A DNA stretch of 63,071 bases, filler included, from Octopus bimaculoides (lineage: Eukaryota), in assembly GCF_001194135.2 (NCBI RefSeq). It is 3 parts of 3 records of this genome, joined end to end, with 100 filler letters (N's around TTAATTAATTAA, not from the genome) between each part and the next. Parts side by side here need not be neighbours in the genome. Positions count along the whole stretch, not along the records: positions 36,352 to 63,071 come from NC_068986.1; 2 more parts are not named here. One strand, written 5' to 3'. The notes beneath the pieces are model-generated. The model was not told the origin of the DNA, made no database searches, and was given only the letters and a program-made list of their open reading frames with translations. A program made the position numbers and the translations under genes. Positions 39,242 through 52,793 of this stretch are shown here, piece after piece (within the stretch, counting starts at the first letter, position 1; the number at the start of each line of letters is the position of its first letter).

Positions 39242-40058
39242 ATGTTTGACATATGCTTTGTATTTGTACAAGTTGACTCCAAGTCTCACCCAGAGACCTC
39301 AAGAGACAAGTTAGAAGTTCATGTTGGTGTTATGCCTAGGGCGTCATATATTTTGTTTTGCACATAGTATTGTTCTAGAGAATGTTTAAGAAAACATAAG
39401 GATATTATAAATTTAGAAATAATACATTTCTAAATCTCTCAGAGAGATTTATGCAGTAGTGATACGATGAAGTAGTTGTATGCTGTCAACTTAATGTGTC
39501 AGTCCCCTGAAGGGAATAATACTACTAGGTCTAATCAACAGTAGTATTATTCCCTTCAGGGGACTGTCGCATTAAGCTGACAGCATACAACTACTTTATT
39601 ATAAATTTGTTTTAAAATTTGAGATCACATAGACAGTATTTTACGTAGAATACGGGGAGTTAGCATGAGCAATATCTTTTGAATTTATGCTATTTTGCGG
39701 TTTTCTGGTATCTGAGCTATGTAGGTATCAGCCCCTTTTGCTATCATTCCTGGGGCACCTATGACAACAAGTATTGTTTTACTCTTGAGGTTCTACATTT
39801 GCCAAGTTCTATTTCAAGATCTTTTACTTGCTCAGTTTTTTGTAAGTCTTGACAAATACATTTATGTCAATTGGGACGGTCATATCAGTGAGGAGGCATG
39901 ATTTTTGTTTGAAGTCTTTCAATATAATGTCTGGTTTATTCGCATCTATCTTTCCGTAAGTTTGAATGGTGAAGTTTCAGAGGAGTGAGATGTGATCATT
40001 TTCAAACACTGGAGGTGGTTTGTGTTCCCACCAGTTTTTATCACGGGGCAGGTCCACA
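39242..40058 (-). mobile_element. 5'-truncated R4/Dong-like non-LTR retrotransposon (RLE endonuclease end and 3' UTR)
   Basis: KNWWEHKPPPV...NKPDIILKDFKQKSCLLTDMTVPIDIN...KDLEIEL...VVIGAPG...ILRKILSM*. Close homolog of 62717-63071; flanked by (AAT)n and (AAC)n. Confidence 0.85.
39415..39596. mobile_element. 182-bp palindromic insertion with 12-bp flanking direct repeats
   Basis: tattataaattt at 39403-39414 and 39597-39608. Internal 57-bp arms at 39470-39526 / 39540-39596 have 3 mismatches and a 13-nt loop. Confidence 0.7.
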
Positions 40059-40153
40059 TTATTATCATTATTATTATGATATTATTATAATAATATTATT
40101 ATTATAATATTATATTATAATATTATAATATTGTTATTATTATATTATTATTA

Positions 40154-40203
<50 letters not shown>

Positions 40204-42939
40204 GTTAAGTGTATGACCACCCCTTAAACGTTCCCAAGTCAAGAAGTTCCTCTGCGTTAATTTACTTTGAGTGGATAAAATGAACCCACTGTTCACTGGA
40301 ATCACCTATAACGCCAGTGGCACAACAGAGGCTAGGACGGTCAGAAACCAGCAGCACTCAAGGTTTTTCATATATGTTTACCTTCTGCTAAAAGCAAGTT
40401 CTAAAGAGAACTAGGGTGTCCTTCCCTACCGGTGGCTCCCATACTGTTAAACCTATGGCAGGGATCCTAACAGGTGCTAGTTCTCCGGGTCAGAGTAGAC
40501 TGAAAACAATTGTGCCTTACAGGCGGTTCGTCAACTCTCAAAATCCGCACCTCCCGAACGAAGGTTCCATTCTCAGATGCAGTTTAAAAATCATACCCAC
40601 AACATATACACATGTATATATACATCTATCTATGCACATACTTACATATGTATATCTATCTATCTATCTATCTTTCTCTCTCTCTCCCGATCTCTCTTTC
40701 TCTCTCTCTGTCTCTCTCTCCCTATATATATANNNNNNNNNNNNNNNNNNNNNNNNNNNNNNNNNNNNNNNNNNNNNNNNNNNNNNNNNNNNNNNNNNNN
40801 NNNNNNNNNNNNNNNNNNNNNNNNNNNNNATATATATATATATATATATAATGTGTGATGGAATTTCTGAGCTAGAACCAGTGACCATTATATCGTGAAT
40901 GTGGATGACATTAAGTAGCCTAAATGGTGAAAGTGCTCTAAATCGGCATACTACTTAGACATATACACAAAGCATATAAATTACAAACACAGAAACACAC
41001 ACACAGAGACACATAATCCCCCCACACACATTCATATATAGGCATTCTTATACACACACACACACGCTCGTACAGGCAGAAAGAGGGATAGACAGACAGA
41101 GAGACTGACAGACAGAGAGGGTTGTAGTGCAGCACCACGCTACATATCTATTACATATGCTTTCTGTATCTACAGATGGGCATTAAAGTGATAATCTGTT
41201 TTTGAGATATGTCTTTTAAGACTTAAGTTATTTCCCTAATGTATATTTTAACATACACAAGCNNNNNNNNNNNNNNNNNNNNNNNNNNNNNNNNNNNNNN
41301 NNNNNNNNNNNNNNNNNNNNNNNNNNNNNNNNNNNNNNNNNNNNNNNNNNNNNNNNNNNNNNNNNNNNNNNNNNNNNNNNNNNNNNNNNNNNNNNNNNNN
41401 NNNNNNNNNNNNNNNNNNNNNNNNNNNNNNNNNNNNNNNNNNNNNNNNNNNNNNNNNNNNNNNNNNNNNNNNNNNNNNNNNNNNNNNNNNNNNNNNNNNN
41501 NNNNNNNNNNNNNNNNNNNNNNNNNNNNNNNNNNNNNNNNNNNNNNNNNNNNNNNNNNNNNNNNNNNNNNNNNNNNNNNNNNNNNNNNNNNNNNNNNNNN
41601 NNNNNNNNNNNNNNNNNNNNNNNNNNNNNNNNNNNNNNNNNNNNNNNNNNNNNNNNNNNNNNNNNNNNNNNNNNNNNNNNNNNNNNNNNNNNNNNNNNNN
41701 NNNNNNNNNNNNNNNNNNNNNNNNNNNNNNNNNNNNNNNNNNNNNNNNNNNNNNNNNNNNNNNNNNNNNNNNNNNNNNNNNNNNNNNNNNNNNNNNNNNN
41801 NNNNNNNNNNNNNNNNNNNNNNNNNNNNNNNNNNNNNNNNNNNNNNNNNNNNNNNNNNNNNNNNNNNNNNNNNNNNNNNNNNNNNNNNNNNNNNNNNNNN
41901 NNNNNNNNNNNNNNNNNNNNNNNNNNNNNNNNNNNNNNNNNNNNNNNNNNNNNNNNNNNNNNNNNNNNNNNNNNNNNNNNNNNNNNNNNNNNNNNNNNNN
42001 NNNNNNNNNNNNNNNNNNNNNNNNNNNNNNNNNNNNNNNNNNNNNNNNNNNNNNNNNNNNNNNNNNNNNNNNNNNNNNNNNNNNNNNNNNNNNNNNNNNN
42101 NNNNNNNNNNNNNNNNNNNNNNNNNNNNNNNNNNNNNNNNNNNNNNNNNNNNNNNNNNNNNNNNNNNTATATATATATATATATATATGCAAGCATATAT
42201 ATATACATACATATATATATATACATATATATACACATACACATATAAATTTATACGCATATTTATTATATGCATATGTATGTATATATGTTGTACTCAA
42301 GGTAGAATATTTCATGGTACAACAGACGTCCTGTTTCTGGATGCTTCTGTTGATAATTGCCTGCCACATATTGTCATTCTCTTATTTATATACTCAAATA
42401 TCACTTGCTCTTTCTAACCAGATTTCTTTGTGCAATTCTCTTGAACAATTTAATGCTTCTTTGACGTATGTTTATCGTCGGTTTTTCTTTTCTCATCACA
42501 TTATTTTGTTGTTTTATATTATTCTTTTGTAATTTTTGTTTTGTTTTTGTAATCTTTCATAGAATTTCTTTCTTTCATTCATTTATTATTTATATTTTTC
42601 CTATCTATATCTTTCAGGATCCCTTTTTGTTTTTGCTTACCCTCTATCATTCTATAGTGTAGAAATCTACTTACCCTATTTATTCATCTCTATATAAACA
42701 GTCGCACGCATGCTTACAAATCTATATGCGCAATATATACGCGCATATACATTTGTGCCTCCAATACTCACTTAAGGGCGCACATAAACAGAGAAAAAGA
42801 GAGAAAATGTGAGAGAGGTCGTGAAGATACAGGAACACTTATGTACATGTGTTTGGAGTGTATATGTATGTATAATACATACATTTATATATATGTGTAT
42901 ATATAGATATAAATATATATATATGTATGTATATATAAA

Positions 42940-42975
<36 letters not shown>

Positions 42976-43427
42976 NNNNNNNNNNTATATATATATAAGA
43001 ATGTAAACACTTCCCTTGAAGTGTGGGAAAAGAGTGAAGAGTTATCCATTGGACTGTTTCATGGTTTGTTAGCTACTCCTCAGAGAAACCTATCTGGGGT
43101 TTCTAATGCTCGTCTATCACCCCAGCTTTGCCACAAAGATTAACTTATAGGAGCTTGAAAATTCAACAGGCATGGTGTAACAGCGAAAGACAACTCAAGA
43201 AGGGACACAGCCCTACACATATTGGACATTCCGGGTCTATATTAGAAATCTCTTACAGAAAAGAACTGCGCACCAAAACTGAAGACGAAACTTTGTTTTT
43301 GGAAATATAATATCAGTAATCACCCTTCCATTCGCGCGTGCACATGTTGCGAGTGTGGTGTAAGTAACCACGTATGAGTATAGACTTGTATATGTGTATA
43401 TTCGTATATCCTACTTTCCTATTGTTT

Positions 43428-43487
43428 TCATGCTTCCTACTATATCTCATGCTTCCTACTATATCTCATGCTTCCTACTATATCTCA
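43428..43487. repeat. 19-bp minisatellite x3 (tcatgcttcctactatatc)
   Basis: Directly visible. Confidence 0.95.
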
Positions 43488-43697
43488 AGTATTCATGAAC
43501 AGTTCATATTTCTCTTTACTTTCAAATACTAAAATCGGTTGAAACATATTTAACCATTTTCGAATGTCTTGGAAAATATTTATACTTATCTAGAATTTGA
43601 TGGTCTAATAGAATTAATTCCATTGTCTCCTATAGAATAACCAGAGCTTTGTGAGTGTGAGAGTATTTTTTATTGTGTAGAATATATATATACATAC

Positions 43698-43735
<38 letters not shown>

Positions 43736-44919
43736 GCACATATATATATCTGTTATTACCTTAGTGAGAGGCTTTAAAACATAGTTATCAGTTTCTCCAA
43801 TTAGAATTGAGATTTTTAGCTGTCGATGTTTACATTCTCTATGCCATTGAATTATATTTAATCTTTAGATAAACTGACAAAAGATTTTTGTCCATTTGCT
43901 ATTCATAACACATTCTTCACATTAATGTCATTAATTCTTATTAATATCTTAATTCTTCTGCGTTAAACTCTTAATTCTTACTTTTTTTTCATTAGTTTTC
44001 TCCTTAATCGACCGGTTAGCAGCATCGTTTTAAACTTATCATTGTCAATGTTGTTTCATAATCCAGCAGAACAAAAATATATGTTTACCTGTCGATATCT
44101 GACTATAGTTACAGGAAAACTTACATGTCACAAGCGAATCCTACAGCAAAAGCACTGACGATTCGGCAAGAGAGGAGCAAGATTGTTCAAATTGCTAGAA
44201 ATACTAGCCAAACCTACTTGAGAAGGAAAATCACAGACGACAATAATGTAGTCCTACAGTATTATAACCATAACAGTAGAAATATCCTTATAGAAGATAG
44301 CGATGATGACAATGATAGCTATGACAGCGACGCCGACGGCGACGATCGCGTAAACGACAATGACGATCACGATGATGGTGACGATGATTATGATGGTTAT
44401 GATGATGAGTATAAAAAGGAGGGTGAAAAGGAGGAGGGTGAGAATGATCATAAGGACAATGAATACAAAGCTTACAATTTTTTTTAATATTCAAAAAAAA
44501 TTATTTGGTTACAAATATAAGTAAGGGTGAAGTACCCCTCCCCTTCCTCCCCTCCTCCTCCTCCTCCTCCTCCTCCTCNNNNNNNNNNNNNNNNNNNNNN
44601 NNNNNNNNNNNNNNNNNNNNNNNNNNNNNNNNNNNNNNNNNNNNNNNNNNNNNNNNNNNNNNNNNNNNNNNNNNNNNNNNNNNNNNNNNNNNNNNNNNNN
44701 NNNNNNNNNNNNNNNNNNNNNNNNNNNNNNNNNNNNNNNNNNNNNNNNNNNNNNNNNNNNNNNNNNNNNNNNNNNNNNNNNNNNNNNNNNNNNNNNNNNN
44801 NNNNNNNNNNNNNNNNNNNNNNNNNNNNNNNNNNNNNNNNNNNNNNNNNNNNNNNNNNNNNNNNNNNNNNNNNNNNNNNNNNNNNNNNNNNNNNNNNNNN
44901 NNNNNNNNNNNNNNNNNNN

Positions 44920-44991
<72 letters not shown>

Positions 44992-44993
44992 TA

Positions 44994-45171
44994 GGCTCAA
45001 TGCCTTGAAATTTTGGGGAGGAAGGTGATAGATTATAATGACATCAGCGTTCGACTGATGAGTATTTCATCGATATCGAAAAAAAGGATAAAAGATAAAG
45101 TCGATGTCAACGGAATTTGAACTCAGAAATGTTGCTAAGCTCGACGTGGTGACAATTCTGCTAGCCCTCCG
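44994..45171 (-). mobile_element. SINE family A copy, old
   Basis: Reverse complement of family A motifs: aaagtcgat...cggaatttgaactcag...ttctgctagccctcc. Confidence 0.75.
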
Positions 45172-45396
45172 ACTTCTGATAATAATAATTCAGACAAATA
45201 CATAACAAAATTACCAGGCCTTACAAGTATATATAACATACTGAAAATAGCACTACTAGGCACCGCACACATCCTACGTAAAACACTTTCAATACAATGG
45301 AAATAAGAGCGCTACAGCAGACCACAGCACATACCCAAGGCATTGAGAGCTGCGCTTGGTAGTGCGGTGAAAGCACCGTGATAAAAATAAGACTAC

Positions 45397-45461
<65 letters not shown>

Positions 45462-45549
45462 TAATAATAATAATAATAATAATAATGATAATAATAATAA
45501 TAATAATAATAACAGTGATAACAACAAAAACAACAACGAAAATAATGCA

Positions 45550-46260
45550 AATAAAAATATCAAAAATAGTTTTGGAACAGCAGCAGCCAAGACCAAACAC
45601 CGATATATCGTAGACCTCACAAATAGGGAGCAGATGCACCCAGCAGCATGGAAACTAATTAAACAAGAGAACAATTGGGCAAATCTCACGATCCCATTAG
45701 AGGCAATTGAAGCAATGGAGAGAAGAACGGTGCTTTTCAGATGCATCTCAGCAGACGCAAACAGAGCGGCTTTGATATTCCAAGTAGATATTGAGACGGC
45801 AGTGAGGTGCCTAAGAAATGACATCGAATACATAGTGAGGGGCAAGCAATGCGGCACCATTTAGGTGCTGTTTAAATCAGAAGCCCTCGCTGTGAAACAT
45901 TCAATGACCCCCTGCAAAATCAGCAAAGTCATCATGTACCCCTCCCACACGGGGAAACGTAGAGCCCGTGTTCGCAGTTTCTAAAATCCCTGCAGGACTA
46001 GATATTTAGTGGCTTCTGAGATACGTAATCGTGGAGCGGACGGATACTGTCCCTATAGAAGCGACAAGAACTGCCAAGGAGGAATGGTCAGGGGTTGACC
46101 TGGATATACTTCTCCAGATCACACCTGAAAACATAAAAAATATCCCAGACCACATCTGTCTTCAGGACGGAACGGTGATACATATCATGACTGAGGGCAA
46201 AAGGCCTCATCGTTTCGTGTGTGGTGAAACGCCTCAGTTGGCTGCTCGCTGCTGCCTACG
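45550..46260 (+). mobile_element. Tx1/L1-like LINE ORF1 remnant
   Basis: Near-continuous coding across 45634-45864 and 46031-46345, ending in a decayed zinc knuckle EGKRPHRFVCGETPQLAARC. Confidence 0.6.
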
Positions 46261-46443
46261 ATTGGTGAGTATTACAGTTCACTGTCACAAGCATCATTGT
46301 TTGGTAAGCATCAGAGTTCACTCTGAGCCATGTAACCTCGTGTAACAACAAGCCTCGTGTGCATTCGTGTAAATACTTTGTTAAATTATTTATCCAACTT
46401 ACAAGGATATAAAAGTTACTTAAAAAGGAACTACACATACACC

Positions 46444-46975
46444 ATGCCTCACGTTTTTAACAGAAGGAAGAAACGTGGGAATGATATGAATTTCATATAT
46501 GAAGCACAGGAACAGAATGCCAATTGATCTAAGAATTACTGGAAATGCGAAAATCAATCCCGTAAAGTTCGAGTCCACACCATTATCCACAATGAAGATT
46601 ATACCATAATTAAGCACATTCGTCTGCTTCGAAACCCAAAGTTAGCAAAATTTTAGCGAACCTAAAAGCCCAAGCAGCTGCTTCCCAGGAATCTTCTCTT
46701 TCATTAATTGTGACTGCTTGTGAAAAGCTTGATGAAAATGAAATGGCTCACATGCCCTCCTTTTCATGTGTACGTCCCTTTTCATGTGTACGTCCCTCAG
46801 AGTCAATTTGGTTATGAGATATCCAACGAATGCAAGTTCCTTGAAAGTGGCGAACTTTTCTTGGAGTTTGATAGTGGTGAAACTATGTACACAGATTACT
46901 TGTGTTTGCAACAGATAAAGGGCTTAAGGACTTAGTGAATGTAAAACACTGGGCAGATGATAGAACTTTTAAGGG
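46444..46975 (+). mobile_element. Mutator-like (MULE) transposase N-terminal remnant with FLYWCH-type finger
   Basis: YWKCENQSRKVRVHT...LKAQAAASQES...GELFLEFDSG...RLLVFATDKGLKDL...HWADDRTFK (decayed W..DGTFK motif). Confidence 0.8.
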
Positions 46976-47069
46976 TGTAGATTATTGATAATAGGGGTGG
47001 CTTGTGTAAATTATAGATAATATGGGTGCCTTTTTCGTAATTTTTTCAACCGAAAGGCAAAAATAAATA

Positions 47070-47380
47070 CATCACTAAAGCGACTGAGTGTGCTATTCAG
47101 CACCAGTATTGCTAGAAATAAGAGTCAAAACACCTTTACCAGCTATGAAATCAGCGTATGATTTCTATGGTGATCTTATAAGCTGACAAGGCGAGTTGAG
47201 TTTAATCCAAGGCGCCAGTGAAAGCCACTGACGTCGTTAATGGTGATTTGGATACGCCAGGTACTTAGGGAGTTTGCGTCCCTTGTCAATAAATAAGACG
47301 GTGCGTTATCATGGCTATGAGTTGTTTTGGCTCTTATTTCTAGCCATACTGGTGCTGAGTTGCACCCTCAGCCGCTTTAG

Positions 47381-47385
<5 letters not shown>
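47070..47385. mobile_element. About 315-bp MITE with about 60-bp TIRs
   Basis: cactaaagcgactgagtgtgctattcagcaccagtattgctagaaataagagtcaaaaca versus the reverse complement at the right end; TA flanks. Confidence 0.8.
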
Positions 47386-47415
<30 letters not shown>

Positions 47416-47669
47416 GTGTGGGAATATGTATGTACATGTGTGTGTGCGTGTGTGCGCGCGTGTGTGTGTGCTTGCACGTGCGTGTTTGTGTATGTATGTG
47501 TCTATGTGTGTATGTATATATACGTGTGTTTGTTAAAATTTACATGGTAATGCATACATGTGTGCCCACATACATTCACGTGCACACAAATTTATGCATA
47601 TGTTGGTATGTATCTGTGTGTGTATGCATGTATGTACATAGGTATAACACACACACACACACACGCATG

Positions 47670-47701
<32 letters not shown>

Positions 47702-48681
47702 GACACACACATATACGCACAAATCTACGCGCATAAATTTGAGTATATGAATATATATATATATGTGCGTGGGTGTGCATGTGTGTACATGTGTGTTTGA
47801 GTGTGTTTGAGTGTGTATGTGTGCATATATTCACTAAGCACAAACACACACATATTTATATGTACACACATGTAAATATATATACAATATACAATATTTT
47901 GTATAACATTTTACAGGCAGTACTGAAGTATATTTAATCAGTGATGTTTTCGTGTACCGACTGCAGTTCCGTTACCAGATGTCACTGGAAATAGAATGAT
48001 GAAAGAAGATAAAGTAAACTTTTGTAACATACGTAGCTACGTATATAATTGAAATAATGTTTAGAGCGTAAGGATTGTTCCAGGTGTGTATATATTGGAG
48101 CTGCTTTGTATTCTACGTCTGTAGTCCACACTACCCCACATCTCAGAATTGAAGCCAAGCAATCATACGTTAATGTATTACATAATATTAGATTTTGTTG
48201 CACTTTATTATGCAACACCATACACGTAAACTCTATACGTCTCTACCTGTAAAACAGCACACTAAGCCTTTAAAATCATAGTAAACATACTAACTCATTA
48301 TGTAATCTACCACAATTTACTATCTAATGCCATACAATATTATAGTTCAGCTTTTGACGCTATCTTCTGGTGGTGGTATTCGAACCAAGGTCACTGCTGC
48401 CATTGGTTTTTCAAATTCTTGATACTACCTGCCGGTCACAACTCTTGACAGATGTATTACTGTTTTTCACCACAGGGGTAGAATTTGAACCCTGAATGTA
48501 CATAATAAGAATATATAGTGGATTTATCTAGTCCAATATTCTAACAATTTTGTCAACCTGCCGACTTGGACAGCTCAACATTTTATCTCAACCTGAAGCT
48601 ATGAAAAACGTAAATTCACCAGATGAATTGAACTGATACTTAAAAAAAAGTCTGCGCAAATACTTTTGTTTACTTTCTTTT

Positions 48682-48720
48682 ATTTGTTTCAGTCATTTGA
48701 CTGTGGCCATGCTAGAGCAA
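48682..48720 (-). mobile_element. SINE family B 3' tip
   Basis: ttgtttcagtcatttgactgtggccatgctagagca matches the end of the 49929 copy. Confidence 0.6.
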
Positions 48721-49928
48721 GTGAAGTATTCTATCCGATCCACCTCTGTGATGACTTTGTTAATTCGCTGCACACTTCACCGTACCACAATCTCTGTCTA
48801 ATACCGTACTGCATCACACATATAACGCTTTGCTGTACTCTAGCAAATATTAATATAATAATACTACATCACACCGCCTGATGCCCACTGAAGACAATTC
48901 AGAATATAACATTGTGCAAAACTATTAAAAGAACAGACGTTTTGATATCATGTTACAATCACGTCCTGCTCGAAACGAAACAATATCACCCGATATCACA
49001 AAGCTTTCCACCGATTTCCAGACCAGATCACACTGCATTCAGAGATAACTCCACACTACTGCATACTCACAGTGAGATCATTTTGACGAAGTTTTAAATG
49101 ATAAAGCACGGAGGATTGAAATATTTACAGATGTAGTGACCCGTTAAGTCTACAACAAGGCAAGTACAAACTATTTGGAAAGGTCTATGATAGGGTATAG
49201 CTGGCTAGTATGAGTTAGATAGGATGAGATTATAGTTTTAAGTCTCATGTTTGAAAACAAAAAGATAGTGGACATTATGTAATAAACATACATTCATATG
49301 CCCAGATGCAATTATTACACACATTAACAAAGGCCAATAAAATAGTTCACACACACCATCACAAAAAAAAACATGGCACGCACACTCTAAATTATCTACA
49401 TACATACATACCTACATACATTATATATAGTTTACGGTTCTGTTATGGGTGGAAACACCAAAAATGTACTGAATCAGTGCACATGTTTAGTTCCATTTGA
49501 AAATCAATATGCTGGACTAGGAGAAAACACAAGGAAAATTAAACAAGAATGTTAAAGAAAAAAGTGGAAGTAGAAGACGAAGAATGAATGAAAACGGAAA
49601 AAGAAAGAAAAGAAAAGGCAAAATGAAGTTATGTCTCTCCTTGTTTGTAGGAAATTTTTTAATGCCCCGTTGTCTCACAGTTACGCTTTTTGTATCAAAA
49701 CTCTTCCCGTTTTACCTTTGCCATGTTTTCTTATATAGCAGCGTCCAAGTTTTTAGATAGGACTAACCATGTGCAGTGATCCTGAACGATTCCTTAGACA
49801 CACAAGGAACGTCATGTAAATCTACCGAGTTATCAAGTTTTCACGACATGAAAGTTTTAGGGCCTCTTATTTAAATACTGTGCATATTAAATGATATGTA
49901 CATATACTCTCATTACTCTATTACACGT

Positions 49929-50248
49929 TCAAGTCATTTGACTGAGGCCATGCTGGAATACCGCATTTAAATCGACCCCTTATTATTTGTAAGCCTAATA
50001 CTTATTCTATCGGTTTCTTTTGCCGAACCGTTAGTTTTCGGAAAAATACACACCAACATCGGTTGTCAAGCAATGGTGGGGGAGGGGGGGACAAACAAAG
50101 ACACAAAGACACACACATACGTATATATACATATACATATACTCACATGATGGGTTTCTTCCAGTTTCCGTCTACGAAATCCACTCACAAGGCTTTGGTC
50201 ACCCAGAGGCTACAGTAGATGACTCTTCCCCAAGGTACCAAGCAGTGG
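49929..50248 (-). mobile_element. SINE family B copy with both halves around a central microsatellite
   Basis: 50147-50248 matches 31753-31916 in reverse; 49929-50120 matches 32590-32808; the halves are joined by a CA/TA-rich tract. Confidence 0.85.
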
Positions 50249-50270
50249 TACCTACACACGTACCTACACA

Positions 50271-50370
<100 letters not shown>

Positions 50371-50409
50371 CACACATACACAAACACACACAAACACACA
50401 CACACACAC

Positions 50410-50454
<45 letters not shown>

Positions 50455-50612
50455 TTTATATAAACAGAGAAATAGAAGGAGCAAGCACGATAAGTATGTT
50501 CGTGCACAAAAGTGTATGTGTGTAAGTTGGGACATGAGTGAATGTATATTTAAACTAACAACCTAACGAAATGGTAATATGCCATAAGTTTGCGGTTTGA
50601 AAGGTATTGTGC

Positions 50613-50699
<87 letters not shown>

Positions 50700-50875
50700 C
50701 CTCTGTCTATCTGTCTGTCTGCCTATCTGTCTATCTGTCTGTGTGTCTGACTGTCTGTCGGACTGCCTGCTTGCCTTATCTGATCTAACTTTATATATAT
50801 GGCTGTGTGTCTGTCTGCCTGAATATGTATGCATAATTTCTACGTATATATGTAAGCACATACGCATACATTCAT

Positions 50876-50915
<40 letters not shown>

Positions 50916-50916
50916 A

Positions 50917-51127
50917 GAAACGTTAGCACGCCGGGCGAAATGCTTAGCGGTATTTCGTCTGCCGCTACGTTCTGAGTTCAAATTCCGCCGAGGTCGACTT
51001 TGCCTTTCATCCTTTCGGGGTCGATTAAATAAGTACCAGTTACGCACTAGGGTCGGTATAATCGACTTAATCCGTTTGTCTGTCCTTGTTTGTCCCCTCT
51101 GTGTGTAGCCCCTTGTGGGTAGTAAAG

Positions 51128-51132
<5 letters not shown>
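50917..51132 (+). mobile_element. SINE family A copy, best preserved, within (CA)n
   Basis: gaaacgttagcacgccgggcgaaatgcttagcgg...gagttcaaattcc (B-box-like)...agccccttgtgggtagtaaagaaata. Confidence 0.9.
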
Positions 51133-51172
<40 letters not shown>

Positions 51173-51640
51173 TTTAATTTCTCTCCCAATATACATACAT
51201 ACATACACACACAAGCATACACGCATACTTGCTTGCATACATACATATACACATGCATGCGTATATGTTTGAAGTATGTGCGTATACATATATATGTATG
51301 TACTTTCCAAAAGCTTTAAGAATATCATACAAGAAGATTTGCATAATGGCTCAGAAGCATTGATCCTCAAAACACATGCCTCAAATTATTCTCTACTTAC
51401 AAGATAAAAACTACGTTATCCAGAATCTTCTGTCATGTTTATTCGTCCCTTTGCCCTCATTATGCTAGAATATGTAACATTTTCCAACGATTCAATATAG
51501 ATACAGATAATAAACTAAGAATAACTTGCTTTCTGTCGCCTGTGTTTTTGCGTCTTTGTGATAAGATATATTATACGATATACTGTATATAACATGTACT
51601 TATATACGCATGCTCACGCATACACACACACACACACACA

Positions 51641-51695
<55 letters not shown>

Positions 51696-52756
51696 AGTAT
51701 GTGTATGTATGTATGTATGTGTATATATATCTGCCTATCTATTTCTCTCTCTCTCTTCCTCCCCCTTCATGTATAACAGCTAACCGCTGGTGTGGCGAAT
51801 TTTCGTGCCTCTCTGATATCACAGGTCCTCCATCAGAAATTTGTTTCACATTTATTGAGTGAAATTAAAAAATCTTTACCTGCTGATTTAAAAAATTAGA
51901 AAGAAATAATCCTATCACGTTCAATTGCTTCTCAAAATCGAGCATTGCATTATACCATTATGACCGAATTTCAGTTTTTTATTATTACTATTAATTTCTA
52001 TATTCAAATTGAATTTAACAGGCGTGAGAAATTCAAAATATTCCTCTTTTCAAAATAAATGACGAAAATTATTAACTACAAAATATCAATACAATTCTAA
52101 ATCCAAAACTATACCGGAAATAGTCGACATTATTACCTAAAACTTCTTTTATACAGTATTTACCCAGAGCTCATGTGCTGGAAAACTTGAATAACGAAAG
52201 CGTTCGTACATGATACCCACAATACGAAATTTTTTTTCTAAAGTCTTTCGTGAGACTGTTTTTGAAATAAATACATGAATACATAGATAATTAAATAGTG
52301 GATATTTTTTAAAAAAATCTTTCATAATATGTGAGTGTGTGCGCGTGTGTGTATGTAGATACAGACACAAACGCACACGCATACACACACACATAACCCG
52401 AATATGCACTATCAACACTGTCGATATCCAAACCGAAGCCGGAATACTTCTGGTGTAAAAAATCCAAGATTCACGACGATTAAACCGTCATATGATTTGG
52501 CAAAGAGTAAATAATCCAATCAAAAGAAGAAGCAGACAAAGAAAATTTTTTAACACATCTTTAATTATAAGTTACAAATATTTCCGTATTATCTCCATTT
52601 GCAACGCCAGTTTATGCGAAAATCTTAAAAGCAAAATTACGTAATATTTGCGATTTTAGACATTGGAGAGGCGCTTCCTCAGACTTGCTTCAAAAGTGTA
52701 CTATTACATAGTGCATCCTTGAGACCTTGTTGCACGCACACACACACACACACACA

Positions 52757-52793
<37 letters not shown>

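Noticed and set aside
44125-44487. 120-aa ORF with acidic tail
   Set aside because: The C-terminal half is decayed (GAT)n and the N-terminal half has no recognisable motif.
49131-49779. Alternative 3' exons (49131-49159 with a GC donor; 49739-49779) phase-compatible with exon H
   Set aside because: They are 29 kb away; such matches arise by chance in AT-rich DNA and a closer strong acceptor exists.
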